Origin: Piromyces finnis finn
Lineage: Eukaryota > Fungi > Neocallimastigomycota
NCBI GenBank assembly: GCA_002104945.1
Contig: MCFH01000012.1
Span: 186,001 to 250,000 of the forward strand
Direction: 5' to 3'
DNA: 64,000 bases
The notes under the pieces are model-generated. The model searched no databases, was not told where the DNA came from, and was given only the letters and a program-made list of their open reading frames with translations. The translations under genes and the position numbers were made by a program. Below are positions 1 to 11,932 of this stretch, one piece after another. Numbering within the stretch: the stretch's first letter is position 1; each line of letters begins with the position of its first letter.

Positions 1-362
1 TACAGTCCATGTATTATTTATATATTATTTTAATATTAATAATACTATTTATTATATATTTGCTATTAAAAAAATACCAATTTAAAGCTACGCTAAAGTT
101 ATTAAACTAATTTAATTAAATAAAAACTTTTTAAGATTTAATTTGAAAATTTAAAATATTTAAATTTAATTATCCATTAATTTAAATATTTATCCAAATT
201 TCATTTACTAACCTTGATATTTTAAAATTAATTATTATTTAATTATTTCATAAAATTTATTGAATAAAATTTATAAATAATTTCCATTAAAATATCAAGA
301 TTTTATTTATCAATTATTAATTAATTATTAAATAATTTAAAGATATATCTTATATCTTTACA
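1..362 (-). repeat. LTR fragment, family A (runs off window start)
   Basis: Reverse complement of 4567-4930. Ends ...TATATCTTTACA, i.e. the TGTAAAGATATA LTR 5' end on the minus strand. Confidence 0.8.
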
Positions 363-430
363 ATAATTTAATTAATAAAATTTAAAGAGATAAAACATTA
401 ATCATAAAATAATTACTAAATTACTTTTGC

Positions 431-497
431 TGGAAACAGTATGAATCGAACCTACGATAGTTTGACTCTTAGTATCTTACAACTAGGTCAAGTTTCT
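431..497 (-). pseudogene. degenerate tRNA-like sequence
   Basis: Minus strand reads AGAAAC..GACCTAGTTGTAAG..GTAGGTTCGATTCATAC TGTTTCCA. It has a T-arm with GGTTCGATTC (B box), partial acceptor pairing GAAAC/GTTTC and an A-box-like TAGTTGTAAG. At 67 nt it is too short, and the anticodon arm is unclear. Confidence 0.4.
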
Positions 498-510
498 AAA
501 TTTAATAATA

Positions 511-997
511 TGTAAGAAATATTTGCGGCCATAAATTTGCCCACAAATATTTCAATTGAAACCATATATTCTGGTTATCATTTATTGACCAGAATTATGC
601 ATAATCATATATTAATGGTTATTAATTAAATAGAAAGTTTATTTGCTTTACCCATTCAAGTGGTAAAGGAAATAAACTAGTATAGTTAAATAGTATAGTG
701 TAAACAAGTGCTAAATACTTTAGCGTTAGTATTAAAGTTAATAACTATAATAATAAATAATGTATAATAATTATAACTACTAAATAAAAGGTATAATTAT
801 AAATATTATTATGAAATAAATTTACTTAAATAATTATTTTTTTGTTTATATCTATTTTTGTGTTATAATATTTATTTTAGTTCTTTTATTATTTTTTATA
901 AAACTTTATTTAGTTATTAGCTCGTATAGAGAGGTAATAACTAACTTAATTAACTTATTTAATAACTTATTAACTACTTTATAATAAACCTTTTATA
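511..997 (+). mobile_element. solo LTR, family C
   Basis: TGTAAGAAATATTTG...AAACCTTTTATA is homologous to the LTRs at 55778-56273 and 62093-62588. TSD TAATA at 506-510 and 998-1002. Confidence 0.85.
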
Positions 998-1364
998 TAA
1001 TAAATGATAAAGAATGAATGTAAAATATTCTATACTACAATTCAGGTTTGTATACACTTTATTAACTAAACTCAAACTATAAATTATTTTTAATTATTAA
1101 ACTTTATTTATTAAACTATTTTAAACTAAGCTAAACTGAACAACCGTTGATTACTTTACCGTGAAGGTTATTTTACCAGAGCCCTCACTAGGTAATAAAT
1201 TTAATTATTTTAAACTAAAACTAACTAAACTAATTATTAACTAATGTTAATTTATCTATACTAAATTAACCTATACGATTTTCCAACTATCGTTTCAAAA
1301 ATTGAGAAATTTTCCTTATTTATACTTTTTAAATAAATTGAATTAATTCTAATATACATGTTTT

Positions 1365-2258
1365 TGTAAAGTGGGCTAGAATTGGTATGTAACTTTGTCA
1401 GAATGTTTTATATAATATAACTTAATTTACCAATAAAATATTAAACTTATTTATTATTAAATCTTTTCTCAGAACTTATTAAAGAATTTAAATAATACTA
1501 ATTTAAAAATTAAATAGGTTTTTATATTTAAAATAAGAATTTTAATATAATTTAATTATGAAATTTGTTTATTAATTATTTATTTATTAAGATAATATTT
1601 ATTAAGTTATATTATAATTAATAATTAATAATTAATAATCTTACAAAGAATTTCAAAATTGATTTCAATTCTTTGTTTAAATATTTTTTTCTTACATATA
1701 ATAAAATTACATTGATATTAATATTGATATTAATAATAAAGATAAAAATAAAATAATTTTAAATTAAAATATTAATAATTGATATTGATATTAATAATAT
1801 GAATTCATATGATAGATCTTAAGATTAATCTTTTAAATTACTTTTAAAATAAAAGTATTGTTTTAACCATTTTAAATTGTAAATATTTAATATTATAAAT
1901 TGAGAATAACAATTGATACTAATTATATATTCTCATGATTAATTAATTAATAATTATAACTAATGATTTTTGATCTAAAGGCTTTTTTTGGTTTGATTAT
2001 GATTGAGGTTATTAATCAAAATTATTTGAAAAATTATTAATTAATTTTTATAATTGATTAGGTTTGTAATCAAGAATATTTATTATCTAACCTTATTTAA
2101 TAATAATGGAGAATTTTTAAATTAGTATTATTTAAATTCTTTAATAAGTTCTGAGAAAAGATTTAATAATAAATAAGTTTAATATTTTATTGGTAAATTA
2201 AGTTATATTATATAAAACATTCTGACAAAGTTACATACCAATCCTAGCCCACTTTACA
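1365..2258. mobile_element. ~0.9 kb non-coding element with ~146-bp terminal inverted repeats (MITE/foldback-like)
   Basis: 1365-1510 is the reverse complement of ~2113-2258 with one mismatch seen. Ends are TGTAAAGTGGGCTAG...CTAGCCCACTTTACA. No TSD found. Confidence 0.65.
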
Positions 2259-2570
2259 ATATTAATAATAAAAATTGTTTTCTATATATATATATTTTAA
2301 AAATATAATTATTATTGAAGATTTATACGAAAAATTAACAATAAAATATTATTATTAATGTAATTAAATAAAGAAACTCAATATTATTTATTTATAAATA
2401 AAAATTATAAAAAGTAAAATATATATATTTTTAAATTGTAATTTTTAAATTTAAATTTTTTATTTAATTTTATTATTATTATTAATTATTTATTTTATAT
2501 ATCTTGATAATTAAAAAGGTAAAAAAATAACTAGTATATAGATAAGAAAGAAAAAGAAAAGAGAAAAAAA

Positions 2571-3263
2571 TTATAAAATAGCAATTAGGTCATATTTAAA
2601 TAAATATTCTATCCAAACATCAATAATATTATATCTTGTTGTTTTAATTAAATTTGGTATAGAAGAAATTAAAGTATATATTAAAAATGCTTGTTTTGGT
2701 CTCGTACAACAATATTCATTAATATTATTGTTAGTTACGGTATTTACTATGTATTCTATTAAATCGATATTTTCATTTGTATTATTTTCGAATAAATCTG
2801 TAATGTCCGAAAAAGAAATATTTTTATAATTTTTTAGCAAAGGCAATTCACATTCAATATTATCGAAACATACAGAGTATATTAACACTTCTATTAATTC
2901 TTTTTTATCATAAAAATTATTTATATTTCTACCACGATTTATATTTCGAAGATTATTCGAATCTTTATTGTTTTTTGAGTAAAGATTTAAATTATTGCAC
3001 AAGTCGCGATAACGAAGAGTAAAATCATTACATAATACATAAATATATTTCAGACGATTATTAATCCGTTTACTTGTTTCTTCATCGTAATGTTTTTTAA
3101 ATACAGAAGATAAGTTTTTCAATTTTTTATCCTTCAATAAAGTCCAATTATTAAATTTACCATCACTATAAATTATCATTTTGGTAAAATCATTAACAGA
3201 ACGTTTTTTGTTACTGGCATAGGAAGTGTTTTTAATACTAGAAAAATAGGAGATATAGAACAA
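2571..3263 (-). pseudogene. probable C-terminal fragment of NCLDV D6/D11-like helicase
   Basis: 230-aa ORF overlapping and collinear with the upstream helicase fragments. RGRNINNFYDKKELIEVL resembles C-terminal tails of these proteins (inference). Confidence 0.4.
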
Positions 3264-3735
3264 TCCTTCGTACTCTAGCCAATAAGGACTGAATAGATAT
3301 AATATTTTTTAAGTTTAATTTAAAACCATACTTTAAAATTTCGAGAATTTCTGTATATAAGAGCTTAGAAATGATGTTATAAAATTCATTCATTAAATTA
3401 GTTTCTAAAAGATCTTCCATATGTTTTATGTAATTTACAGTTTTTTCACCTCTGATTTTTAATAAAGGATAATGATTTTGGGTAGCATTTTGAGAATTAC
3501 ATTCAATATTTTTATTTTTATAATCTTTTAATGAATCATTTGGCATATATAAGTTAGAAAATAAGTCAATGGACATGTTGGTTTCAACTATATTTGTAGT
3601 ATTTTTGTTGTCATTACCACAACAATGAATATTTGATGCTGTATCAAGATAAAATAGTCCGCATGAGTATTCTAAAATTTTTTCATTGATAATAACATTT
3701 TTAGTTTTAATAATATCAATAATTTTATTTAGCAT
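3238..3735 (-). pseudogene. middle fragment of NCLDV D6/D11-like helicase
   Basis: Follows 3763-3912 after a frameshift/stop, same strand, no introns. Confidence 0.4.
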
Positions 3736-3912
3736 AAATTTATTTACCGTGGATACTTTTTTTCAAAAATCTTTAAGGCTTATATAATCACATAAATTGA
3801 ATACGTTTTTAAATTCATTACATACTATTGAAAGGTACTTTGATAAATTTTCATCTAGATAATTTTTAGAATATTGAAAACTGTCTATGGTGTCGGTGTC
3901 GGGGTTAATATC

Positions 3913-5850
3913 TGTAAAAGTATAAAATTTAAAACAGATTTTATACTTAACAAAACAATTTTTATTAACACAAAAAATAAAAAAATAAAACATTAAATTT
4001 TTATTTTAAAAAAAAACATTTTTATTTAAACTCTTAAAAATATTATTAACTATATAATAGTTAATAATTAAAAAATTGAAAATAACAATTACATCGATTT
4101 AATAAACAAAAATTACATGTATTTATATTTTTTCATAATTATATTCTAATATATTATTCTATTTAAATAAACATATATTTAATATAAAATAAACAACACT
4201 AATCTAATTAAATAATAAAATAACAAAACTAAACTAAAACTAATTCATTATACTTTTAATTCAACTTGAGTAAACTCAAAATTGAATAAAGCCCATGTAT
4301 TATTTATAAATTAATTTAATATTATCAATATGTAAAAGTATAAAATTTAAAACAGATTTTATACTTAAAACAAAACAATTTTTATTAACACAAAAATAAA
4401 AAAATAAAACATTAAATTTTTATTTTAAGAAAACATTTTATTTAAACTCTTAAAAATATTATTAACTATATAATAGTTAATAATTAAAAAATTGAAAATA
4501 ACAATTACATCGATTTAATAAACAAAAATTACATGTATTTATATTTTTTCATAATTATATTCTAATTGTAAAGATATAAAGTATATCTTTAAATTATTTA
4601 ATAATTAATTAATAATTATTGAATAATAATTTTGATATTTTAATGAAAAAATTGTTTATAAAATTTATTGTATAAATTTTATGGAATAATTAAATAAATA
4701 TTAATTTTAAAATATCAAAGTTAGAAATGAAATTTGGATAAATATTTAAATTAATGGATAATTAAATTTAAATATTTTAAATATTCAAATTAAATCTTAA
4801 AAAGTTTTTATTTAATTAAAATTAGTTTAATAACTTTAGCGTAGTTTTAAATTAGCATTTTTAATTATAAATATATAATAAATAGTATTATTAATATTTA
4901 ATTAATATATAGGTAATACATGGACTGTATTCAATTTGCAGTTTACTCAAATTGAATCAAAAGTGTATTTAATTAGTTTTAGTTTAGTTTTATTATTTTA
5001 TTATTTAATTAAATTAGTATTAAATTAGTTTTGTTTATTTTATATTGAATATATGTATAATTAAATAGAATAGTATATTAAAATACAATTTACAAAAAAT
5101 ATAAATACATGTAAATTTTCTTAATTAAAACGATGTAATTGTTATTGACTATTATTTAGTTAATAACTAAATAAAATTAATAAAAGAGATATTTTTTTAA
5201 ATATAATTTATTTTCTTGTTTTTTCTTTATTTTGTGTTGTTGTTTTATTGTAAAAAATTTTATAATCTGTTTTACATTTATAAAACTTTTACACTAATAT
5301 ATTATTCTATTTAAATAAACATATATTTAATATAAAATAAACAAAACTAATTTAATTAAATAATAAAATAACAGAACTAAACTAAACTAATTCATTATAC
5401 TTTTAATTCAATTTGAGTAAACTCAAAATTGAATAAAGCCCATGTATTTTCTATAAATTAATTTAATATTATCAATACTATTCTTAATATATTTCCTATT
5501 GAAATATAAATAAATCTATTTTTAAAACTAAGTTAAAATTATTAAACTATTCTAAATTTAAATAAAAAAGTATAATCTATTCTAAAATTAAATAAAAGTA
5601 TTTAAAAAAATATTTTAATTATTTAAAATATTTGAAATATTTAAATTTAATTAAAATTCTTTTATTCCTTAAATTTAAATATTTATCTTAATTTAAATTT
5701 AACGGAATTATTATAAAATAATTTATTATTAAATTATTCCATAAAACTTATTCAAAAATTTTATAATCAGTTTTACTAAATATTAATTTATTATTTAATA
5801 ATTAATAATTAATTAATAAATAATCTAAAGATATATATTATATCTTTACA
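3913..5850 (-). mobile_element. compound family-A solo-LTR nest
   Basis: A partial LTR (3913-4330) is followed by a full LTR (4331-5850) that matches 23644-24433. Outer TSD ATATC at 3908-3912 and 5851-5855. Confidence 0.85.
4567..5293 (+). mobile_element. solo LTR, family A subtype, inserted in opposite orientation into another A LTR
   Basis: TGTAAAGATATA...AAACTTTTACA. TSD CTAAT at 4562-4566 and 5294-5298. Confidence 0.85.
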
Positions 5851-8800
5851 ATATCATTGTCAGTATTTGAATTATCGGAATTATTTTTTGATTTCTTTTT
5901 ACAAATTAGTGATTCAATAGAAGCATTTTGTAAAGCTTCATTATACCTGAGTGCTTGATTATACTTTTTTTCACTGATTATATATTTGACATAATCAATA
6001 CTGTAATTTATTGAGTTTTCATATTCGAATTCATAATCATTGTTATAGGCCATGTACAGATAAATATTAACATTTCTTTGGTCTGGAGGTAAAGTATCAT
6101 GAGATCCTACTCTACGAATTCGACCAATAATTTGATTGATTTTTTCATAATTCCAGTGTGGTGTTAGTATATGCAATTGACGAACATTCATAATATCTAC
6201 GCTTTCTGATAAAATATCACTTAGTTGATAAATTTATTATCTACTTCAATTTTGTTAGAAATCGGTTCATCAAACGCATCAAATACATTAACTTTACTTA
6301 ATAATTCAGTAGTTCCTTTAAAAGACTTATAACTCGAAACTAGTTCATTATACATTTTGTCATCGACTTTTCCTGAAACTTTTATTATTTCGTTTACACT
6401 ATGGCTCATATCTTTTTTTATTGTTTTTACACAACTATTAAATTCTTCTTTGGTATTATAATTAGGATTTTCGTTGTTACTATCAACTTCTTTATATAAC
6501 TTTTTGGCATCATCAATGGATTCGATTTTATCAAATTTTTTACTGCTAATTTTATTATAGTTTGTTGCTACTTTATTTGCATTTTTTAAATTGGTTTGTT
6601 CATAGGTTTCAATATTACTTATACTGTCACTTTTATCTTTAACCTTACTTAAGAAATTATTTATATTTGATAATGTACCTAAATCATTAATATCATCCAC
6701 ATTTCTGAAAAATGATGGTTCATGCTTTATTAATTTATACTTCATATTATTGCAACGCTTTATATCTATTAATTGATATCTTCCGGTGGATTCATCTGTA
6801 AATATAACCATGGCGTCGGATTTAGATTTAACTACATCATTAATTATAACTTCCAAATCTTCTGTCCTAGGTTCGACTACTTCTAAATTGCCAAATCTGT
6901 ATTTTGTAATACCATTGCCATCTTTGTTTACATAATTTTCAACTTTTCCTTTAATGTGTGGGAACTTTTTACGATTCTCTTCAATAATTTTATCTAACCC
7001 TTTATATAATAATTTTACACGTAAATAATTTAATCGATCAGATAATGTCGAGTCATCATTTATATTTATACGTTCTAAAGAATCAAAATTGTCAGATTTA
7101 CTTACTGCTATTGATATGACTTCATCGTAATTGTTTATCAAGTCAATTAAATGAAGGGCTTCTTCATTATGACCTTCTGGTTGCTCGTAGTTATTGAAAC
7201 GTTCTATTTTTTCTTTTATTTTAGAAGCAATATCCTTAATCTCGTTAGTCATCTCATCTGAAATATTATTTTCAGAACTACCATCAATATCATTTATGAG
7301 TTTACTCTTTATACTATCGAAATATTCTTTAACATATAAATTCTCGGAATTATTTATTATAAAGTCTTTTACATCATCCAAGTTTTTAATGACGTGGTTT
7401 AAATTAAGCTTATTGGTCAACTCAACGTTTGATTTATTTAAATCTTTGGTTTTAATTCTGTGTTTCTCGATTAATCCTCTTATTTCTGAATCTCCTTCCG
7501 AATAGACTTCTTCAAACTTTTCGACTAAACTATCCTTCAATTTATAAACCATTTCTGAATTATTTACGTATTCCGGATCGGCATTACTGTAGTTTTCTTT
7601 ATCAAATATACTTTCTAAATAATCAATTTTGTGATATAAATTTATTAAATAATTCCTAATTTCATTATCTTCTTTGTCCACATCATTTATATTTTTAAAT
7701 ATTTCTAATATCTGCTTAAATTCTTCAGTCCTATCAGCATCGTCAATACTATTTTTATCAAAATTGTGAATCATTAATGAATTATCAATGACATTGTCAC
7801 TAACATTAATTAAGTTGTATACATCTCCCAAAATACTAAGTAATATTTCATCAGCATATAATGATTGAGATTCAATATCAGGTTTAATAATTGCGTTTAT
7901 TTTATAATTGTTTATTTCTAATTCACCATATCTACCTTTATACACTTCAAGAGCTTTGTTAAATAAATATTCCATTTCGTGCAATTTCTCTTCATTAATA
8001 TTAATCAGCGACTTGTCTTCTGAATACTCCGACTTTGAATATTTGTAATGGTACCCATTGACAGTTTCATAAAGTCCTTTAATAAACTTTTTACTTTCTT
8101 CTTCACTCATTTCATTAATGTGATCTTGAAAACTGTTCACGCTTATTTCTAAGACATTAACTATCGATTCAGCATTCTTACACAATTGTTAGGCTCGGAA
8201 ATATCGTTATTTTCGAAAGCAATCAATATATTTTCGGGATCGTACATTTTAACTATACTTAATGTTGAATGTAATGACTTTTCAACATTATAATTTCGGG
8301 ATATCGTCATCGAAATTGAACAACTACCACCTGTTGCTCTTTTTCTCAACTTACTAATACCACATTGATTAATTTGCGCATTACTTATTTGATTAATCGA
8401 ATTATGCAATTTAACAGTATCAACAAGATCATTAAAATTACCATTTAACTCTTCGTTACTATCAAAATGAAGCAATCCTTTATACGAAGGATATTTCAAT
8501 TTTTCTAAGATGATTTTGTTATAATTATCAATTACAAAAAATTCTTCTAATGTTAATTTATTGGAACCCTCGTCAATCGTTTCTAAATCAATGTTTCTAT
8601 TTACCAGCAAATTATTGGTAATTTCATTCATGGATAAATTATTTGGGTCTGTTTCACTACATATGATGTTAGTATTTCCATCCTTATTATCTGCTAGCAT
8701 GGCATGGAAAACTCTAGCGTCAATAACATTAAGGCAAAATTTACTATCAAGGTTTTCACCGTACTTATCTTGAATAATGGTATCTTTGGAAACATCATCA

Positions 8801-10198
8801 GCACTTAAACTATAGTCTTCCGGATTTAAAATCGTTCCATCAGATAATTTAAATTTAATAACACATTCAGCAAAAAGATCTATACCTGTTTTTATTACGT
8901 ATTGATCATCAAAATCAAAGTCTTTGTTATATATATCACTATTAATTTTCATTAAGTTTATTAATTTATAACTCATTTCATTATACTCATTATCACTATT
9001 AATTTCGTAAATATAATCATCAACATTACTTAATGTAAATGCATGTATGGTCTTCTCGGAAATATCATCATTTATAATAAAGGAATAATTATTTATTATA
9101 TTACCGTCATTATCTGTATTTTCATGAGTAATAACATTGAAAGAAATTTTTTTATTGTTAATATCGTTAAAATTATTATTGTTATTATTATCACTATTAC
9201 TATCTTCATGCCAATTTGTAAAATGTTGCTTACAAAGTGGTGATTTAATACAACCAATTGCTATTACTTTAAATAAATCATCATTTATATTAGCATTTCT
9301 ACTATCATCTAAATCATTTGCATCTTTGATACTCCATTGATTTTTAATATTTGTATTTAATAAATCAAATGAATTTATATCAGTTTCTTCATCAATATTA
9401 TTATTACTTATGAATCCTATAAACATATTATCAAAATCGGTATTTGATGATAAATTGTAAAGAAATGTGTCTTTAACAATAAAACAAATTATAATATTTA
9501 CTAAATAACTTAGTAATATTAACACTTTAAAATATTCTGTAAATTATTAATTTATAAAAATATCATTAAAAACACATAGAATTTAACTTAATAAGTTAGT
9601 GTTTAATAATATAATTATTTATTAATAAAATCTCGATTCTTTAAAATATTTGGAAAATTCACTCGTATTTATACTAAAAATTTTTTAAATTAATTTATAA
9701 AATTTTTTCAACTTAAAATTCTTAACCAATCAATAATCTTCATATAAAATAAAATTTAAAAATAAAATAAAATCATAATTTTTAAAATAGTATCTATGAG
9801 GTCTTGAACTAGTGTCATTCAGACTCAAAGTCTTAGCTACTAACCACTAAGACAATTTAGTTATTTCTAGTATTCGTTACATGATCCTCCTCCAGGATTC
9901 GGATACCAGACGAATCTAGAATTTTAATATTTAAATATATATATCTTTCTTTTTAATAAACTAAACTAAGGAGTGAATTTTCTTAATTATAAAAAATACA
10001 TTTAATATAATAAAATACATTTTTTTTTTTTTTTTTTAATATTACTAAAGTTAAAAATAAAATATTGATAAATTTGATATTAATAAATTGTTTAATAATA
10101 AAATTGATATTGATAATGATATTAATAAGTTTTGATAATAATAATAATTGTGATTTTAATATTAATAATAAATATAATTTGAATTTTTTAACTATTTT

Positions 10199-11932
10199 TT
10201 ATTTCTTTCCATTAAATTTTTTAAGTAGCTCCTTGCAATTTAGATTTTCTTCAGGCTCCCACGAAGCTTCATTGATTGAATACCCTTTCCATTTAATTAG
10301 GTATTGTATTTTTCCGTAATGTCTTCTTTTATCCAGAATTTCTTCAACTTCGTATTCTTCTTCATTGTCAACGGTAATAGGTGGCGGTGGTGGTTGAGAT
10401 CTTCCAAATTTATCTTCGACATATTTCTCGAGATTGGATACATGAATAACTGGATGAATCTTAATAGATTTTGGGAGACTTAATTTAAATGTAACATTTG
10501 ATATTTTTTCCAAGATTTTGTATGGGCCGAGTTTTCTTGGCTTAAATTTTTTATTTCCTTTGTGGATAATTAAAGAACTATCCAGCCAAACTTTGTCACC
10601 AACTTTAAAATTCGGAGCTTCTTTTCTAAGTTTGTCAGCATGCTTCTTCTGGGTTTCCATGGCAGATTTTAAATTTTCTTTTAAGGTATTAATTAAAGTT
10701 TTAAAATCTCTTGTAAACTCTTCTGCTCTTGGGACTTTAGATAAGTCTGGAATAACTGGTGAATATTTTGGATGAAAGCCGTAATTCAAAAAGAATGGAG
10801 AAAATTTGGATGATTCTTGAACCACGTTGTTATAACTAAATTCTGCAAGACTAAGAAAACTTTTCCAATTTGAACCTTTATAATTTGAGAAACATCTTAA
10901 ATATTGTTCTATAACGGAGTTCACCCTCTCCGTCTGACCGTTTGATTGATGATGAAATGGAGTAGACAACTTAAGTTCAATGCCAAGGGAGGAACAGATG
11001 GATTGGAAGAATTTAGAGGTAAATTGAGAACCTCTATCCGAGACAATAGATTCAGGTAGGCCATGAAGACGGAAAATATTATCAATAAATGCTGTGGCTG
11101 TTTCGGCGGCGGAAGGAATACTTTTGAACGGAATGAGATGAACCATTTTTGTAAGACGATCAACAACAACAAGAATGCAAGTGAAACCAGAAGATGAAGG
11201 CAAATCTGTAATGAAATCCATTGAAATGGATGACCAAGGACGCTCAGCAATATCAAGAGGATTCAGAAGACCATAAGGTTTATGACGAAAGGTTTTTGAA
11301 CGACAACAAACTTCACAAGAACGAACGTAGTCTTTAACATCAGAAGAAATAGAAGGCCACCAGAAGTCTCTAGCAATAAGAGAAGATGTTTTCTTTATTC
11401 CGAAATGACCAGCTGAAGGAGAGTCGTGACAGAGTTTAAGAATTGAAAGACGACAATTTGGAGGAACATAGATTCTGTCAGTAAAAAGGAGAAAACTATT
11501 GCTTAAGGAAAATTTGTCAATTTGAGGGTGAGGTATTGGAGGTTTCCTACAATCAAGATATTCACAGATTTTATTATAAAAGTCATCATTTATATATTCG
11601 GAAAGAAAAGAATCACTAATGGACGAAACAGAAGTCACAATGGCACAAAAGTTTTCAGGGCGAAGAACATTAAAAGGAACATCAGAAGAGGAATTCGAAT
11701 TGATAGCATAATCAGGACGACGAGATAGAGCATCAGGCTTACCGTTAGAAGAACCAGAACGATAAATAATAACAAAGTTAAATTCAGAGAGAAACAAAGC
11801 CCAGCGAACAAGACGTTGAGACATTTTTTCAGGTTTCTTTTGATAGAGTAAATTTCGATGATCCGAGTAAATCTTAAAAGTAGAAGAAGAGCCTTTAAGT
11901 AGATGACGCCATGTTTCAAGAGATGACGCCAT
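10199..11932 (-). CDS. pol: RNase H tail-integrase-chromodomain
   Basis: [12 protein letters not shown] zinc finger, MDFITDL / VSDRG / GQTERVN DDE core, LGPYKI GPY/F motif, [27 protein letters not shown] chromodomain. Confidence 0.95.
   Translation of the reverse strand: MASSLETWRHLLKGSSSTFKIYSDHRNLLYQKKPEKMSQRLVRWALFLSEFNFVIIYRSGSSNGKPDALSRRPDYAINSNSSSDVPFNVLRPENFCAIVTSVSSISDSFLSEYINDDFYNKICEYLDCRKPPIPHPQIDKFSLSNSFLLFTDRIYVPPNCRLSILKLCHDSPSAGHFGIKKTSSLIARDFWWPSISSDVKDYVRSCEVCCRSKTFRHKPYGLLNPLDIAERPWSSISMDFITDLPSSSGFTCILVVVDRLTKMVHLIPFKSIPSAAETATAFIDNIFRLHGLPESIVSDRGSQFTSKFFQSICSSLGIELKLSTPFHHQSNGQTERVNSVIEQYLRCFSNYKGSNWKSFLSLAEFSYNNVVQESSKFSPFFLNYGFHPKYSPVIPDLSKVPRAEEFTRDFKTLINTLKENLKSAMETQKKHADKLRKEAPNFKVGDKVWLDSSLIIHKGNKKFKPRKLGPYKILEKISNVTFKLSLPKSIKIHPVIHVSNLEKYVEDKFGRSQPPPPPITVDNEEEYEVEEILDKRRHYGKIQYLIKWKGYSINEASWEPEENLNCKELLKKFNGKK

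Larger units (their letters stand above)
3763..6220 (-). pseudogene. SF2 helicase C-terminal domain, poxvirus D6/D11 (early transcription factor / NPH-I)-like, split by LTR insertion
   Basis: SDILSESVDIMNVRQLHILTPHWNYEKINQIIGRIRRVGSH contains motif V/VI of the D6/D11 family. Removing 3913-5855 rejoins the frame (..NTDNDI|NPDTDTIDSFQY..). The N-terminal ATPase lobe is absent. Confidence 0.75.

Noticed and set aside
8161-9525. Hydrophobic N-terminus MLILLSYLVNIIICFIVKDTFLY on this ORF and on 38252-39457
   Set aside because: It is the family-B LTR end read from a GTG; in-frame fusion to both targets is likely chance and not a real signal peptide.
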